Positions 61,786-64,000 of a stretch of DNA of 64,000 bases are shown piece by piece. Source of the stretch: Candidatus Omnitrophota bacterium (GTDB lineage Bacteria > Omnitrophota > Gorgyraeia > Gygaellales > Profunditerraquicolaceae); NCBI GenBank assembly GCA_043800555.1, contig JAZDMX010000007.1:26683-90682 (forward strand), read 5' to 3'. Position numbers and translations under genes: made by a program. The notes under the pieces were generated by a model that was given only the letters and a program-made list of their open reading frames with translations, searched no databases and was not told the origin of the DNA. Each line of letters opens with the position of its first letter. Within the stretch, counting starts at the first letter, position 1.

Positions 61786-63216
61786 CTAACCTCCTACTAT
61801 GGGAAGAAACCCCAAGATAAATCCCTTAAGCAGCCAGGGTGACAACACCCCAACCGCTACAATTAAGGATGCCAGGAATATCGCCGGAAACATCAAGCTG
61901 AAACCGGCTTCTCGAACATCCTTAAATTCATCGCGAGGCTTACCAAAGAATACTTTTCTTTGCAGGGCCAGAAAATAAGCCAGGGTCAAAAGGCTTCCTA
62001 ATACGGCAATAACCGCGTAAGTCTTGCAACCAGCCAACCACAAAGCAATGATTATAACCAATTTGCTCCAGAACCCGGCTAAAGGAGGAATTCCTGCGCA
62101 GGATAAACTTCCTATTACCGAAGTTAAGCTGGTTAAAGGCATCTGCTTGGCTAAGCCACCCATCTTCTCTATATCCCTTGAGCCCAGCCTATCTTCTACT
62201 GCAGCGGAATTAATGAAAAGAAGCGATTTAAAAGCAGCGTGATTAAAAATATGCAGGGCTGCTCCGGCAACCCCTAAAACTGTCCCGCTTCCGACTCCTA
62301 AGATAATATAACCGACCTGGCTAATACTCGAATAGCTAAGCATCCTTTTAAAATCGCTCTGGGTAAGAGCAGCCAGGGCCCCAAGGACAATCGAGAAGGC
62401 CCCGATAAATAGAAGAATAGGCTGTATTGAAACGCTAAACCCGAGCATCGATACGATGATCCTGATCAAAGAATAAACTCCGGCAACTTTAGTAATTATC
62501 CCCGCCAATAATATCGAGGCCGGGGCCGGGGCCGAAGTATAAACATCCGGCAACCAGCCATGAAAAGGCATCAGCCCGGATTTAATAAACAGGGCCACGA
62601 TAAATAACCCTATAGCTAAGCTGGCTATGAGGCTTTTACCCTGGTCGATAAGCATATAATGGACCAGCGAAAAATTTGTGCTTCCGGCAATAAGGATTAA
62701 CAAGGCTATGCCCGCAATCATCAAAACAGTGGCCACTCCGGATAGAACAATGTATTTGAACGCGCCTTCTAAGCCGGGCATATCCCGGTTAAACGCTATC
62801 AATATAAATGAAGAAACCGCTGTAACCTCTAAGAATACATAGAGTGAAAACACGTCTTTAGCCATAGTCACGGCATTCATTCCGGCGACAGCAATTAAAA
62901 GTATATTTATGAAATTGAACTTCTCGGCGTTATTCTTTATAAACGTAAGGGCGCTGAATAAAGTTACGAAAGAAACCATGGCAATGCAAAACAAAGCCAC
63001 TTTGCTTAAAATATCTACCCCGAGTTCAAAATTAAAAATGCTGGCGCAAAACGCATGATTCGCCTTCCAGAAAACAGGATCCGGAAGCAAAACCACCGCC
63101 ATCTGGAGCAAGGATAAAATGGCGGCCAGGCCAAAAGCCATTCTCCTAATCCCTTTAAGCGGAAGATTCAGGATTAATACGCTAAGAAATGGAATTAATA
63201 TTAATGCCGCGCACAC
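61786..63216 (-). CDS. Antiporter-like subunit (NuoN/MrpD family)
   Basis: YVFLEV, KSGLMPFHGWLPD, KRMLSYSSISQ, GIPPLAGFWSK. Confidence 0.92.
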   Translation of the reverse strand: MCAALILIPFLSVLILNLPLKGIRRMAFGLAAILSLLQMAVVLLPDPVFWKANHAFCASIFNFELGVDILSKVALFCIAMVSFVTLFSALTFIKNNAEKFNFINILLIAVAGMNAVTMAKDVFSLYVFLEVTAVSSFILIAFNRDMPGLEGAFKYIVLSGVATVLMIAGIALLILIAGSTNFSLVHYMLIDQGKSLIASLAIGLFIVALFIKSGLMPFHGWLPDVYTSAPAPASILLAGIITKVAGVYSLIRIIVSMLGFSVSIQPILLFIGAFSIVLGALAALTQSDFKRMLSYSSISQVGYIILGVGSGTVLGVAGAALHIFNHAAFKSLLFINSAAVEDRLGSRDIEKMGGLAKQMPLTSLTSVIGSLSCAGIPPLAGFWSKLVIIIALWLAGCKTYAVIAVLGSLLTLAYFLALQRKVFFGKPRDEFKDVREAGFSLMFPAIFLASLIVAVGVLSPWLLKGFILGFLPIVGG

Positions 63217-63282
63217 TTGAATACTCTCTTTTCTGTTAGGGCCAGCCCTACTCTTACAGCATCCGGCATAGAGCCTCTATTG

Positions 63283-64000
63283 CTACCGAAGAATAAGTAA
63301 CCCAAAAATAATGAGCATACCCGAAATTGCCCATGCCAGATAAACCGCATAATTACCCGTATGCAGTTTTCTTATGCCGGAGGAAAAACCATAAGCCAAC
63401 CGCACGCTTAAACTATCATAAACCCAGTTTATCCCCCTGTCCAAACCTAAGCTAATTTTAGAAATAATATTTATTAAACCCATGCCCCAATTATACGGGT
63501 CAAAAAACCTTTTTTCGGCCAAATCATAAATATTGGAGATAACAGGGAAATAGCGGATATGGTCCAAAGCGTGTAAGCCGCTTCCCCCCTTTTTTAAACC
63601 GAATAAATGATTAACTACGGCTAAAATTAACACTACAAAAGTAATTGCCACAAGCGCAGGATTCGCCGGAAAACCGCTAAAATGATGCCCCCCTAACCTT
63701 TCAGCCCCTAAGATGGGCTCAATGAGGTAATTTAAAGGCAACCAATTGAATAAACCGAAAATTGTGCAGATAAGGGCAATAACAACCATGGGTATAAGCA
63801 TGGCAAAATGCGCTTCTTTTACCTTTTCATTTCCCGGGTTGGCTTTACCCATAAAAGCAGAATGCCCGAGCTTTAAAAAAGAGGCGGCAGTAAGGAAAGA
63901 ACCTGCTACTGCCATAAAATAAAATATCCAACCTCGTTCCAGGGCTCCGTCATACACAAGCTCCTTGGAGAAAAATCCGTTAAAAGGCCAAACGCCTGAG
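63283..64000 (-). CDS. Antiporter-like subunit (NuoL/MrpA family), 5' part outside the window
   Basis: Frame stays open past the ORF-track start: SGVWPFNGFFSKE; C-terminal amphipathic helix ending RKLHTGN..YL. Confidence 0.88.
   Translation of the reverse strand, partial: SGVWPFNGFFSKELVYDGALERGWIFYFMAVAGSFLTAASFLKLGHSAFMGKANPGNEKVKEAHFAMLIPMVVIALICTIFGLFNWLPLNYLIEPILGAERLGGHHFSGFPANPALVAITFVVLILAVVNHLFGLKKGGSGLHALDHIRYFPVISNIYDLAEKRFFDPYNWGMGLINIISKISLGLDRGINWVYDSLSVRLAYGFSSGIRKLHTGNYAVYLAWAISGMLIIFGLLILR

Noticed and set aside
57041-64000. Respiratory complex I or a hydrogenase-like complex without a Ni site
   Set aside because: The large subunit keeps both Ni-binding CxxC motifs, and no NuoEFG genes are visible

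Overview
64 kb of bacterial core chromosome, almost entirely on the minus strand; only a Gfo/Idh/MocA oxidoreductase and lpxB are on plus. Gene content (lipid A genes, PTS, group 4 [NiFe]-hydrogenase, many short palindromic repeats) fits a diderm anaerobe, tentatively Omnitrophota-like (inference only). In window order: a redox/thiol cluster, pgeF, rmuC, ttcA, malQ, pilD, aroE, leuA-ilvCNBD, fba-pfkA-ahcY-metK, PTS genes, three tRNAs, frr-pyrH-tsf-rpsB, msbA, lpxB, an M48 peptidase, a bL27-like gene, a beta-CASP RNase, a half-size carB with carA and pyrG, an HD-GYP/helical-repeat pair, and a ~20 kb energy block (F1Fo ATP synthase, KimA-like transporter, H+-PPase, ExbBD, DedA, membrane-bound [NiFe]-hydrogenase). 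No transposase, integrase, phage gene or CRISPR array was seen. Most notable: (1) a dispersed REP/REPIN-like family with the unit TTCCAATGCGGG(T/A)(T/A)TGGAA at six operon junctions, with compensatory changes between arms; (2) other palindromic elements sitting in frame inside leuA, carA, malQ and exbB; (3) a SAM-III-like riboswitch candidate before metK; (4) a bL27-like protein lacking the canonical N-terminal arm; (5) an ATP synthase with substitutions at normally invariant positions; (6) a CarB that stops cleanly at its halfway point; (7) a shared N-terminal domain in the HD-GYP pair. An apparent 1-nt deletion in tsf shows that single-base oddities could be assembly errors. All calls come from reading motifs by eye; no searches were run.
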